Shown in pieces: positions 50,844-64,000 of a DNA stretch of 64,000 bases. Made by a program: the position numbers and the translations under genes. Source of the stretch: Eledone cirrhosa (lineage: Eukaryota); the NCBI GenBank assembly GCA_964016885.1, contig OZ024743.1:190216001-190280000 (forward strand), in the 5' to 3' direction. Position 1 is the stretch's first letter; the number at the start of each line of letters is the position of its first letter. A model generated the notes under the pieces. That model ran no database searches, was not told the DNA's origin, and saw only the letters and a list, made by a program, of their open reading frames with translations.

Positions 50844-51683
50844 CATATAGTTGTTTGTTTGTGTGTGTGGTGTAGATATGGTTGGAATTGTTATTTCCAG
50901 AATACATTTTCGTCATGAAGCATGAGAATCCTTCGTAAAGCATTAAAAACATGAGCAAAAAAAAAAAAGATTTAGATTATGAAATTTTGTTTTGATAATG
51001 TTCAAGTCTTTTAGATTTCTTTGACGTTTTCTCACTGCTCTTACAGTTTTTTTCATTTACCCGGAGGTCCTTTTCTGTTTTCTGTAGTCTTGTCAAAAAG
51101 AAATACTTTGTTTTATCACTTAAGGTTTTGAACATATGATGGAGTCTCATTGTTTTGAGTTTGTCTCTTGCTTGTTGTCATATTATCTGGAAGTCATCTT
51201 TTATTTTAACCATTTCATTTATGTATTTCATCTTCTATTTTTATTTATCTAAAGGTCATATCTTGTTTTTAATTAATTTTTTTCTTGAGTGCACTGAAAT
51301 AGAACATATTCTATCTGTAGGTAGCAAATATGCTTCGTCTTGTGTTTTGTTTTAGTTGTTATGTGGTGTGGCTGGTGTTTATTTTAGTTATTTTTTAGAT
51401 ATAATCTCGATATCATACGTCATATCCTGTTCGATATAGCGTAAACTATAACTATTTCAGCACACAACAACAAGACATATAATGACGCACTTTACCGTGC
51501 ACACTATCATGCCATTTATATTATTTCACAGAATCGAAAACTTCGGACAAGGATCACACAACTGGAAGATCTATTCCCTACTGCATTTCAAAATTTCAAT
51601 TAACTAATTGGATAAGTTGAGCTTGGATATATATATATACAATAATATTAAATAAATGGAAACGATACGTATAAAACCATATT

Positions 51684-51730
51684 TATTCTATTATATATAT
51701 TTCAAGGGTACTCCTTCATCAGATAAAATA
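51684..51730 (-). ncRNA. Minimal hammerhead (TATATA family, short stem II)
   Basis: TATTTTAT-CTGATGA-AGG/AGTAC/CCT-T-GAAA-TATATA-TA-ATAGAATA. Confidence 0.72.
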
Positions 51731-52229
51731 CAAAGTGTGTTTTATAAATTTTGACATAGCCATGGAACATACCTTAACGGTTGAAGCTTTCCTTGTTTCG
51801 CTTTTATATATATATATATATATATTAGGTGAGTAAAATTGTAGAACAATAAAACTATGCATATATCAGATAAGTAGCACTCAACAATTGGTAGAACTGG
51901 AGTATATATAGTAAAGATGAAATAAAAGATGGTTATAAGAGTTCAAAATACGTATAATAAATATATGGAACTCTTATAACCATCTTTTATTTCATCGTTA
52001 TTATATATATGTGTGTGTGTGAGTGTGTGTGTGTGTGAGTGTGTGTGTGCGTGTGTGTGTCTGCGTGTGTGTGGGTGAGTGCGTGTGGCTGTGAGTCCAG
52101 GGTTCAATCGGGGATAACAACAATTCCAGTCCTGTAGAAGCAATTTCTATATTAATATATATATATATATATATATCGTTTCTGAATTTGTTTAGCAAGA
52201 ATCTTTATCTGAAAACGTGTGTTGAAACC

Positions 52230-52677
52230 GATATTGTTATACTTTGAGAGGGTCATGTTGCCAATAAGAAACACACGCACCAGATGTTTCACTCCAATTT
52301 ATTATAAATTATAAAATTTATAAATTTCCGACTGGCTGGTTGGTTCCACAAGCGGACGGTTGTTCATATATTGTCAAAGTTCTTTCGTCACACATACTGT
52401 GACCTCTTCAGTGACTTGGGATTCTTTTATTTGTTCTGTGCCTCTCCTTTGTTCTATCCTACACCATCTTGTTTTTGTGTGTGTTCACACACACAAAAAC
52501 AAGATGGCGTAGGACAGAATGCATGACGAAAGAACTTTGACAATATATGAACAACCGTCCGGTTGTAGAACCAACCAGCCAACCGGAAATTTATAAATTT
52601 TTTAAATTTATAATAAATTGGACTGAAAGCAACTGGTGCGTGTGTTTCTTATTGGCAACATGACCCTCTCAAAGTAT

Positions 52678-52685
<8 letters not shown>
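52230..52685. repeat. Fold-back element with hammerhead (right arm internally deleted)
   Basis: Arms meet at (TG)n/(CA)n ~52485; same family as 56226-56752. Confidence 0.88.
52373..52415 (-). ncRNA. Minimal hammerhead
   Basis: GTCA-CTGAAGA-G-GTCACA/GTATG/TGTGAC-GAAA-GAAC-TT-TGAC. Confidence 0.72.
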
Positions 52686-52738
<53 letters not shown>

Positions 52739-52839
52739 AACCAGTAAGACCCCGACGGCTGAGCTCAAGCCGTTTCAATACTCTCTTATATATATATAAG
52801 AGAGTATTGAAGTTTGCTTGAAGCATTGTGGAATAATAA

Positions 52840-53450
52840 GGTAAATTTCTTTAAGTCGTTTGGAAGCCTCGACAATGCAAATGGGTAAATCTCCGAGTAA
52901 CAAGATCCGGTGGTGGAGAGAGAGATATAAGTGGGTGTACGCTGAGATGCGTGGCGTGTATAAGACGTGTAGAGGAATGAAGGAAATAGCGTAAAGGACA
53001 AAAATAAAAATAACAACACGAGAGAGAGTTACCTTGGGAGAGATTTAATTGTCCCTATATATTTCGGACTCACATTCATCAACTGGGGTATTTTCTGGGG
53101 TGGAGGAAAGGTTGTCTGTCGGAAAGGTGCGAAACGTGTCCTCCGCTGTTCGTTGTTTTGAATATCTGAGGTATTCAGCAGAGCACGCGTGCGCGTGAAA
53201 TGGGGTCGGTCAGGCAGAGGTCAGCGGCCGAAGTAGTTCTTTCAATTGTGGGAGTGGGGTGGTCTCTCTCGTGTTGTTATTTTTATGTTTAACCTTTACG
53301 CTCTTTCCTTCATTCCTCTACACGTCTTATACACGCCACGCATCTCAACGTACACCCATTCACATCTCTCTCTCCACCACCGGATCTTGTTACCCGGAGA
53401 TTTACCCATTTGCATTGTCGAGGCTTCCAAACGACTTAAAGAAATTTACC
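52840..53450. repeat. Inverted repeat (~187-bp arms) with ~235-bp spacer, between (TA)n tracts
   Basis: 52840-53027 is the reverse complement of 53264-53450. Confidence 0.88.
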
Positions 53451-53907
53451 ATATATATATATATATATATATATATACGTGTGTGTGTGTGTATGTGTGT
53501 GTATGTGCGTGTGTGTGTGTGTATAATAAAACACGAGATTCACGTGACAACTATATTTTGCTAGAATATTTTGGAAATTGCAATTAGATATCCTCCTCTG
53601 AACTTCTCTCTTTCTCATTCACTATGTTGACAACATAGTTAGTAGTGGATTAAAAGCTATCGACAGCAATCTAATTATGTTTCTATCTGTTTGGTCTGGT
53701 ATCAATCTACCTGTCTATGAATCTAACTATCTCTCTCTCTAAATATCTTTGGATCTATCTACCTATATACATACCTATCTACTTACCTATCTACTGACTC
53801 GCTTCTCTACCTGTCTTTCTCCTTGCTTGACTGCCAATCTAGTTATGTGTCTATATTTTTAGAAGATCGACGATTGCAATCATGAGGCACATATCCCAAT
53901 AGCATCC

Positions 53908-53966
<59 letters not shown>

Positions 53967-54008
53967 GATATATTCACAAATGGAAACTATAATTTATAAA
54001 ACCATATT

Positions 54009-54073
54009 TATTTCATTATACATATTTCAAGGATACCAAGTTAAATTATGGTGTGCTTTCATCAGATAAAATA
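54009..54073 (-). ncRNA. Minimal hammerhead (TATATA family)
   Basis: TATTTTAT-CTGATGA-AAGCACACCA..TGGTATCCTT-GAAA-TATGTA-TA-ATGAAATA. Confidence 0.7.
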
Positions 54074-54477
54074 TAATATAGAGCAGTTTTATAAATAAAT
54101 ATTGACGTGTTTTTACTCCAATAATTTGTTGAGTGCTTTATATCAGTTATAAAACTATTTGCTTGTTGTATCTCAACAATTTAAATAGAACTTCTATATA
54201 TATATATATAATCAAGGTTTAGCAAATAGAGAAAAAGTTTTAAAATAAATTTTGAAATGTTTACTGTACCTACTATATTTACCCTTACCCCGCGGTTTCA
54301 AGTATACTTGGAGTAATATTATTACTCCAAGTATAACCTGCATAGGAATTCTCGCGAACTCGCTACCTAAATTTGGAAACATCTTGTTGAGTCAAACAAA
54401 GCCGTACGTTAAAACTATCCACAGTACAGAGTATTCACAACCTCTAACTGGATTACCTATAACGATAACATGTTATC

Positions 54478-54518
<41 letters not shown>

Positions 54519-54687
54519 CTGAATTTGTTTAGCAAGATTCTTTATCTGAAAACGTGTGTTGAACCAAACAACCAACCAACCGGAAATTTATAAATAAAAA
54601 AAAAACAAACTTTTATTTAAAATAAATTGAAGTGGTTAACTGGTGCGTGTGTTTCTTATTGGCAACATGACCCTCCCAAAGTGTAAC

Positions 54688-54719
<32 letters not shown>

Positions 54720-55566
54720 ACACAGTCATCTTGATTTAGTACATATATGCTTAATAATGATTAAAGAAAATATGGAAGAAAATTTGTGCAATTGATTTAA
54801 ATTAATGTACAATGAAATACGGCAAACACCAGTGTGACAACAAGGCGAAAGTCAAGGAAACACTAGATAAGTCCAGCCTCTTTACATAGAACGTTGTAAT
54901 CAAAGAATTATTAAGTTAGATAATTTTAAATATAAACCATGCCATTTTCGACAGGTACTTTGCTATTATACCCACACATATCATCATCATCATCATCATC
55001 ATCATTATTATTTTACGCCCACTTTCCACACAGGCATCAGTTGGAGAAGTTGTCATGATCAGAGATCAAATGGGTTGAAGTGAATACACCTAGCTCATAT
55101 AAAAAATATGTGACATGGTTTCTACGACTGGGTGTCATTTCTAAAGAGAGTGTACTGAGTAAGTTTTCGTGACACCAGCACAAGCACTTTAAAGATTGGA
55201 CTAGTTGCAATTTATGGTGGCACTTTACTAATATTTTACAGGGTGTATTGGCTGCATTTTATCATGGCACCAGCGCTGACTTTGGTGTCACGTGAAAGTA
55301 ACTTACTGATAACTTCTGGCAAACCTTAAATCGTTATATCTTCTTTCCCGGGAAGATACAATAATCTGTTACATGATGCACTTACATTTCAGTATGAATA
55401 CATAAATGTGAATTTAAGTTATGTTTTGAAAGAACGATTTAATGCGGGTTCTCTCCTGTTTGAATATATGTATGTTTAGTTTAGTGGCTTGCCCGAAGGA
55501 ATAATTTTCCACGGATATTACAGTAACATGGTTTCTCCCGATATAATAATATATAAAGAGTGAGAT

Positions 55567-55675
<109 letters not shown>

Positions 55676-55684
55676 TATATATAA

Positions 55685-56120
55685 ATGAAAAAGAATGAGA
55701 CGAAATTTCATTTCTCACTCTTAGTACGGCTGATACCTAGATATAAGTATGTATACGTACATACATATATGTGTACAGACACACAGTAGTATGTATATAT
55801 ATATACATACATGCACACATATATATATATGTACGTATGGGTTTACCGAACATTCATTACAATGTTCGGTTTGTTTGTAAACAAACAGCCCGAATTACGC
55901 CGTACAACGTTCCTGTGTTAGTGTTGAACAAAAGGGCGACGATGGCTGCCGAGCACTGTACGGCATAATTCGAACTGTTTGTTTATAAACAAACCGAACA
56001 TTGTAATGAATGTTCGGTAAACCCATACGTACATATATATATATGTGTGCATCTATGTATATATATACATACTACTGTGCGTCTGTACACATATATGTAT
56101 GTACGTATACATGCTTATAT
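55685..56120. repeat. Fold-back of a diverged relative of the 422-bp unit (hammerhead lost)
   Basis: 55741-55904 is the reverse complement of 55958-56120; shares CACTCTTAGTACGGCTG and other blocks. Confidence 0.8.
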
Positions 56121-56379
56121 ATCTATATCTATCTCTCTATATATATATCGTATATACATATATATATATTTCGTTTCTGAATTTGTTTAGCAAGATTCTT
56201 TATCTGAAAACGTGTGTTGAAACCGATATTGTTATACTTTGGGAGGGTCATGTTGCCAATAAGAAACACACGCACCAGTTGCTTTCACTTCAATTTATTA
56301 TAATAAATTTATAAATTTAGGAATTTATAAATTTCCGGTTGGTTGGTTGGTTCCACAACCAGATGGTTGTTTATATATT

Positions 56380-56421
56380 GTCAAAGTTTTTCGTCACACA
56401 TTCTGTGACCTCTTCAGTGAC
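56380..56421 (-). ncRNA. Minimal hammerhead (1-nt deletion in stem III)
   Basis: Inverted copy of 56561-56603. Confidence 0.6.
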
Positions 56422-56560
56422 TAGGGATTCTTTTCTTTGTTTTTGTGCATCTCCTTTGTTCTGTCCTACGCCATCTTGTTTCTGTGTGTGTGTCACACAG
56501 AAACAAGATGGCGTAGGATAGAACAAAGGAGAGGCACAAAAACAAAGAAAATAATCGCCA

Positions 56561-56603
56561 GTCACTGAAGAGGTCACAGAATGTGTGACGAAAGAACTTT
56601 GAC
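56561..56603 (+). ncRNA. Minimal hammerhead
   Basis: GTCA-CTGAAGA-G-GTCACA/GAATG/TGTGAC-GAAA-GAAC-TT-TGAC. Confidence 0.72.
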
Positions 56604-56749
56604 AATATATAAACAACCATCTGGTTGTGGAACCAATCAACCAACCGGAAATTTATAAATTCCTAAATTTATAAATTTATTATAATAAATTGAAGTGAAA
56701 GCATAAGGTGCGTGTGTTTCTTATTGGCAACATGACCCTCCCAAAGTAT

Positions 56750-56784
<35 letters not shown>

Positions 56785-56843
<59 letters not shown>

Positions 56844-56844
56844 T

Positions 56845-56918
<74 letters not shown>
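56785..56918. repeat. (GA)n microsatellite
   Basis: Direct reading. Confidence 0.96.
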
Positions 56919-56922
<4 letters not shown>

Positions 56923-57299
56923 GAGGAAAAAAAGAGAGAGAATTACTGTTGATTCAAAAAGTATAATTTAGATAGGGAAATTCCAGTAAAGCTTATTTTT
57001 CAACACACTGGAAGGTTTGACTGATTTCGTCTTACTGAGAATAAACAGAATAATAAATTACTCAAGTTTGGCATATATAAGTATTTTCTCTTAACAACTC
57101 ACCGTTTACATGACATTATATTAGATTACGAAACCTAGATTAGAAGAGCCTGCAATTAAAATCAACCACTGGGCTAGAAACACTTTTGTGAATTTCAAAC
57201 ATTTTCTCTCAAATTAATGTCCATCCACCACGTCTTTATTTGTCGGCCTGGGAGCAGGTATATAGGCGAAGGAACCCAGCGCCACCAAACATTCTATAC

Positions 57300-58115
57300 T
57301 CCATAAAATACAAGATATATTCCCGAATTTTGAATGTTGACTCGGTAGAAATGTCAGCACTAAAAAGTGCCGCTATAATTTCTATAAAGACCTAGGATTT
57401 AAAATTGCACTTAAACCTAATGTTACTGTAGACAATTCCTAAGATGCTGCAACATTAAATCTATATAATGGACACTATTACACACATAGAAGGCTTAGCG
57501 ATTCACTTCATTACTTAAATGAGTTATCTCACCACAATAGGTCCATTTCTTCTTCTTCTTCTTCTTCTTCTTCTTCTTCTTCTTCTTCTTCTTCTTCTTC
57601 TTCTTCTTCTTCTTCTTCTTCTTCTTCTTCTTCTTCGCCGACTCCTTTTACTCCTTCTTCGCCCTTGTATTCCTAAAAGGGTTGTGGGCTGGCTAAGTTC
57701 TCAAACTCTTCCTGCGGGGCCTGTCTTCTACTGATACGGCTGGATTCCCAAGTGAGACCAGCCAGGCTCGGGGATGTTATCCAACCACGCGCCTGGGTCT
57801 CCAGCCAATTTGTTTTGCCCATAAAAATCAATCCAGTGATTCGTTTTTGGAATTTAAACTTTTTAAAATACCACTTCAAATCCTTAGATTATCGGCTAAT
57901 GAGCATATAGTTAATGAGCATTCGTTTTATTATAATGTCAGCATACGACACATCGGAATCATGCAAACCATTCTATACACCCCGACCTAAAATAAAATAC
58001 CTCACAATTTAAACCACTGTAGGGACATTCCCTGGTGCAATACTCCACATAAAATTGAGATTACCACGCTTTTCCTAAAATAATTTCTGTAATTAGAAAT
58101 CACTTTCCTCCCCCA
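57300..58115 (+). pseudogene. Old PLE RT relic, interrupted by an RTE fragment
   Basis: FYKDLGFKIALKPNVTVDN..TLNLYNGHYYTHRR..LHYLNELSHH and RDIPWCNTPH..IRNHFPP parallel the 40044 RT. Confidence 0.55.
57548..57812 (-). mobile_element. RTE-type 3' fragment with (GAA)n tail
   Basis: Homologous to 37220-37482 (TTGGATAACATC..CTTGGG.ATCCAGCC..CACAACCC). Confidence 0.65.
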
Positions 58116-59240
58116 CATCAACACTATTCCCGATGTGTGTCTATTATTACGTACAGTGCGGGAATTCTGGATAGAAAGACAAAAATATTAATTTCTAATG
58201 CCATATCTACAGTATGGTTAATAAGAAGGGTGATATATATAGATTGTATTTAAGGAGATTTGAAGCTAGGATTGGTTTTATCATCACAGAAGATTGTGAA
58301 GATGGAGAAGAGCTGTTTCCATAAATATGTGTAACGAGCCAATGCTTAAGGTTGTATTGAAGGAGGTGATAATATACCAGGGTATGTCCAAGAAAGAAAT
58401 AACGTCAAAGACGAAGAGCAACCTGAATGAAATTGTTCTTCATAGCATCGTCTTGAAGAAAACAGAATTCAGAGATCCGCCGACATGTGACTGGCTAAAG
58501 AAAGAGGACCTTAAGGAAGCTACAGAAGGAATGCTACTGGCTGCACAGAAGAAGCCCTTTGAACGAAGAGGATGAAACATCATATTGACAAGGAGGAGAC
58601 TAGCCCGTTTTGTAGGATCTGTTGAGAGAGAAATGGAGGGTGGGTGGGTGGGGGGGGGGGGGGGGGTAAACTGTGGTTCACATCGTATACGAGTGTAAAC
58701 AATAGAAAACGTGATCCGGTGGTATTTATGCAAACTGAATAATTTACCCCACTTTGAGAAGTGCTAAAATCCGTGATAGAAAACGATCGAATGTAAAATC
58801 TGTGGGATTTCAGTATACAAACAGATAAAGAATTAGAACATAATAGGCCTGACCTGGTTGTTTATGACAAAGAAAAAAGATCTTTCTTGATGTAGTGTGT
58901 CCGTTTGATACAAAAGTACAAGAAAATGAAGAGAAAATTAACCGGTACCAGCATCTAAAGTGAGAGCTGAAGAAAAGGGTATGGGATGGTCATGAGTTCA
59001 AGGTCATCCCCATCGTCATAGGAGCACAATCACTATCTCCGAGAGTTTCCAAGGCTGGCTAAAGAACAGCCTCCCTCTCCTTTATGGAACATTTTAGAAA
59101 CATGTCTACTGGGAACGTCAAGGACGTTCTGATACGTCCTGAATATCTGAGGCTGCAAGTAGTGTTTTGATGTTCATTTGGGCAAATGTTCTGGTTAAAT
59201 AACATCAATGACTGAGATATCAAATTAATAATAATAATAA
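58115..59240 (+). mobile_element. R4/Dong-like non-LTR fragment with restriction-like endonuclease
   Basis: WLKKEDLKEATEGMLLAAQ; WDFSIQTDKELEHNRPDLVV; DVVCPFD; KVIPIVIGA; ends in (AAT)n. Confidence 0.8.
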
Positions 59241-59447
59241 ATGTTTGTACTTTTGGCACAAGACCAACAGTCTGAAGGGGAGGGGGAAGTCGATTAAATC
59301 GACCCAGTTCATTACTGGTACTTTATTTTATCGACCCCATAAGGATGAATGACAAAGCTAACCTGAGCGGGATTTGAACTCAGAACGTAAAGGGCCGTAA
59401 CTATGCCGCAAAGCGTCGTGTCTAACGCTCTACCGATACTGCCAATA
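59240..59447 (-). mobile_element. Main SINE copy (variant)
   Basis: Reverse complement of the family; a tail fragment also lies at 59625-59691. Confidence 0.8.
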
Positions 59448-59777
59448 TATAATCCTTTGTCTGAGTACTCATTACTTTGAAGAAAAAAAATCGAATATAT
59501 GTGTAACGTTATGTGTAATTACACTAACAAATCGTGTAATGGTCTAATAGACATGAACTTCAAAGTTCGATGCCACCAGCATACTGTTTCGTCCAGAATT
59601 GCGATGGGAAAATTAAAATAAAATAATTGTTTCTACTTTAGGCACAAGGCCAGCCATTACCCAGTGCATTACTGGTACTTTATTTTATCGATAAAGGCCC
59701 ACACTTTATTAAGAAATCAGAATTTGTTGCATATGATACAATAGCGCATATCTAAATGATAAACGAATATTTGAACC

Positions 59778-59837
<60 letters not shown>

Positions 59838-60000
59838 TATATATATATATTCTCAACCTGTTAGTTCTTTCGTTACTATGGTATATAGTGTGTTAGATTT
59901 TGCCTACCACAATGTTCGATTTGTCAAGCTATTTAAACGTATGTTATTACTCCAAGGACCTACCTTATCGAGTGCTTTGCTAACTCATTATTTCATATTG

Positions 60001-60192
60001 GGCGGTAGATTGGCAGTATCGGTAGAGGGTCGGACGCCATGCTTTGACGCATAGAGTTACGGCCCTTGCCATTCTGAGTTCAAATGCCGCCGAGGTTAAC
60101 TTTGCCTTTCATCCTTACGGGGTCGATAAAATAAAGTACCAGTAATGTACTGTGTAATTGCTGGCCTTGTGCCAATAGTAGAAACAATTATT
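60001..60192 (+). mobile_element. Main SINE copy
   Basis: Near identical to 9467-9650. Confidence 0.88.
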
Positions 60193-60267
60193 TCATATAG
60201 TAGGCCGAATTTGCTTGCAAGCCGCCAGAGATTCGATTTTACTAAGTATCCAATTATATATATATAA

Positions 60268-61210
60268 ACAAACATAAATTATCGAGATTCGCATTTCGGC
60301 CCACGAAATAACGAAAAACAACCTCCGAGATGTGAGGCAAGTGCTCAATGATCCAGATGAACTAGAGCTATAACAAACGTTAAAGGCCAAACACACTGAG
60401 ACGATGGTTAAACAATCATTCGCATAGCCAAAAAAAACGATCAAGTAATTCGGGTATTGAAAATTTACCCGGACCCCTGGAAGGTTGGTAAAATCCAGTA
60501 TTTGGGTTTCTGCGGCTCCTAAATCAAGTACCGTCCGCTTACATAAATAATGTCAGGCTTTTGGTAAGATGATTGAACAAGGAAGCCACTTTCTCAACAG
60601 GATTTAGTTCAATGTTAATACAAGGACTGACTATTGCTGACTCCACGTGGGGATCGGCAATGGAGGCAGCCCCTATATCAGGCGAATAAATTCAGTTCGT
60701 ATATTTTTGTAAGAATGCAAAAACATCACAAATCGAATAGTGTTCCCATATTATATTAACATAAGCTATTCGTCAGTCAATAGAATCAACTAAAAAGCAA
60801 GAAAATTAACTGGTCAATAGCTAGAGTCTGGAGATAAATACAAACATAAATTATCGAGATTCGCATTTCGGCCCACGAAATAACGAAAAACAACCTCCGA
60901 GATGTGAGGCAAGTGCTCAATGATCCAGATGAACTAGAGCTATAACAAACGTTAAAGGCCAAACACACTGAGACAATGGTTAAACAATCATTCGCATAGC
61001 CAAAAAAAACGATCAAGTAATTCGGGTATTGAAAATTTACCCGGACCCCTGGAAGGTTGGTAAAATCCAGTATTTGGGTTTCTGCGGCTCCTAAATCAAG
61101 TACCCTCCGCTTACGTAAATAATGTCAGGCTTCTGGTAAGATGATTGAACAAGGAAGCCACTTTCTCAACAGGTTTTAGTTCAATGTTAATACAAGGACT
61201 GACTATTGCT
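60268..61210. repeat. 371-bp direct repeat with ~200-bp spacer
   Basis: 60268-60638 matches 60840-61210. Confidence 0.92.
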
Positions 61211-64000
61211 AAGTGTGTGTGTGTGCGTGTGTGTGTATGTGTGTGTGTATCTATAGATAGATATAGATGTTATATATACGTTGCACCAGATATGGGTTGC
61301 TTCAACATATCTAATGCCGTACTGAAGGCTTAAACGCACTTCCATCTTCTTCATTCCCAACCAGCAACAAACCATTGATTATTTTCCGACAATGCTATAC
61401 ATCAGGGAAAATATATTTTAGAAAATACAGGAATGGGGGATAATTGTGTCATTGACGCATCCCCGGAACTGACTAATACAACTAAATTCAAGAATAACTA
61501 CCTTATGAGTGTATTATATTTCACTGCAGTACCAGTAATGAACTGGGGTATTTGCTGGCCATGTGCCAAAAGTAGGAACAATTTTATTTCACTAAACAAA
61601 ATTCTTTTGATTCCTCTCCATATCTCAAATAAAACTTACTTCCCTTGCGGCCGAAATTATGTTTTCTCTGCTGAACTAAATATTTCTGTAATGAACAGTA
61701 TAAGCCTGATTTCATCTTTTTCTAGATTTCCCAATCAAACCAGGATTTGAGAAATGAATATTTATTAAATTTGTTTAAAACGTTCTGGTTGCTTTCTCCA
61801 CTCTAAAATATTTACTCTCTATTTTGTTACCATTATCAGGTTTTATTAGATAATTTAGATTACTATATTTGATGGCATATCATTATTCAATATCGTTAAT
61901 GCAATGAAGCCATTCTTTCAATAACTTTATTATCCTTAACAATTTTCCCATCCTTCTCTACAAAACTGAATAACTCCAAACTATCTGCACAATTCTCCAG
62001 TGAATAAATTGAGACCATTTGCGAAAAACACTTCATCTGTCCATAATCAAGAACTAGATTTTTCTGAGATTATTGGGTCTATATTTTACATGGCAAGATA
62101 TTTTTATTCAGTACTAAATTTTGACGCAGATTATTTGTGTTTAAAACATAATTGGTAACACAAACAACTTTCCCTAACTACATCTATTGACCTTATTTAT
62201 ATTAACAGCATTTTCACCTCTATAACTATAAATTCTGATAAGTTGTCGTTACACAATTAAGTGACTGCATTAACGTTATTTAAAATAAAATATTTTTAGG
62301 AACGCAAGGGTAATCGTGCAATGGTTTAATGGGGCAATATGTATTCAAATCGTTTATTTAACTTTCATTGAAAGATGATAAAGCTAGCATTGCCCTCAAT
62401 CTATATAAAATAAGAGCTAAAATCTAGATTATATTTTCATTTTCGCAAAGGTCTATTTAGTGAAATTAAATTGAATAGACCTATGAAGTAACCCCCTTTT
62501 ACCAGCCATCTTAATATTTCAACTATGTAAATTAGATGTGTTTCCTTTGTTTCAACGTCGATCTTTCATTTCTTTTTACAAACAGACACATTAATGACAT
62601 ACGCTTTATAGAGGTATCTAATGAAAATTGGTAACTTTTTTTTTGGGGGGGGGGGGTACCAGGTTACACTATTAACGTTTAAGATCGTGAGCCCTCGCCG
62701 AGTTTCCCAAAGGATCTATATCAGGAATTGGGATATAGTACTTATAGTATTGAGGTTTTGATTTTAATACGTGTCTAAAATCTAAGAACACACACTATCT
62801 CTTTTTATTTCGTAAACGCCTAATATTAGAGAATATAAATTACATTGGTTTAATAGCCAATGTCTTCAAGGGTAGATTCTCTAGAAGACTTCATATTGCA
62901 GGAACAAAGAAAATTCCATCTCCCTGTATTGTTTCATCTGGATGCTTCATGAGAAAGTGTAGCATTTAATGGAGCATCTTGAACAGAGCATTCCTAACCA
63001 CCCTGCAACAAACCGCGATATCGACCAAGAGGAAAACTGACTTAAGGTTTTGCTGCTACCGGAGAAGGCTCGTTTAGCCAACTTCAAACCACTGGCTAAG
63101 GATGTCCCACATTGGCTATCTTAACTCAACTATCTATACGTTAGTCAAATAGACCACACACAAGCATATATACTACAAAACACCTAGATTACTCTGACAC
63201 CACCTTCAGACCCACCAACAATTCATCACATACAACAAATGAACATTTAGTTCCCCAGCAACAGGATACACGCAGATTTGAAGACCTGTCAGAAACAAGG
63301 ATGCCGACAGAAGCCATTAAATATAATTGGATTATATATATAAACAATTTAAAAGGAATACGAAGGTAGTTATCCAATTGCAATCATTTATTTCTACAAT
63401 CGTTTCTATGAAGATAGATGCAGTAGCACTCAGATGAATTAATTAATCAGCCAATCAATTAATTATTTACATCTCTTGATATCGGCAGTATATATAAATC
63501 AATTAATTAATACATAGGCAAACATTCATAGGATGAAAGAATACACAGAGAAAAATAAAAGAAGGCGAGTCTTAGTTAAAGAACAACATTTTAATTTAAT
63601 CATTTTCCGAGAAAGTATAATGTAAGACGTAAGATAGTGTTAGAGAGAAACTTAAAAGGATTGAAAATCTCTACGCATAGCAAAAGTAATAATATTTAAA
63701 AATAAGTGTATGTATAAACATTTTGGTGTAAGGTATATCTAGTGATATTGTCCGTGGTAGCTTTAACATCAAATAGTCATGGACTTACACGGAATTGAAT
63801 GAAAGGAAGAACCGTTATATGATCATTTTATGGTAAAAAGAGTGAGCACATGTCGGTACCATGTAAGTACATATGTATTTGATGTATACGCAAAGATTTA
63901 TTATCTTTTTTTATGTGATCCAATTTACTTGCAACCTATCCTTTATTACTTTATGTTTGTCATGTTAGAGTTGAAATTTTAACTACACTTAACATGTTTA

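Larger units (their letters stand above)
56226..56752. repeat. Fold-back element (~260-bp arms) with a hammerhead in each arm
   Basis: Centre ~56490 at (TG)n/(CA)n. Confidence 0.92.

Noticed and set aside
53050-53100. Minus-strand TTGATGA...CGAAATATATAGGG
   Set aside because: HHR-like but stem II and stem I are disrupted; too degraded to call.
62990-63440. Possible decayed GIY-YIG plus GAAACGATTGTA HHR half
   Set aside because: Similarity too weak to support by eye.

Overview
AT-rich, microsatellite-dense eukaryotic DNA made almost entirely of transposable elements. No host gene is evident, and the repeat content suggests a coleoid cephalopod such as Octopus (inference). It holds four recognisable Penelope-like elements (PLEs; RT + GIY-YIG, all disabled, two with ~1.2-kb inverted arms) and further PLE relics. 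It also holds a head-to-tail array of Tx1/L1-type LINEs joined by (ATT)n tails, many copies of one tRNA-like SINE, R4/Dong and RTE fragments, a Helitron Rep fragment and a non-autonomous Helitron. The main hidden signal is about 30 hand-folded type I hammerhead ribozyme (HHR) motifs in about 12 sequence families, mostly the minimal form with a palindromic stem III. Many lie in short non-coding units within or next to (TA)n tracts rather than in coding PLEs. These units occur as tandem repeats (422 bp), a circularly permuted unit (~516 bp), an LTR-like direct repeat (~1.39-kb period) and fold-back palindromes with an HHR on each strand. Together they form a candidate diverse retrozyme / non-autonomous PLE system. 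All folds were made by eye and no activity is shown.
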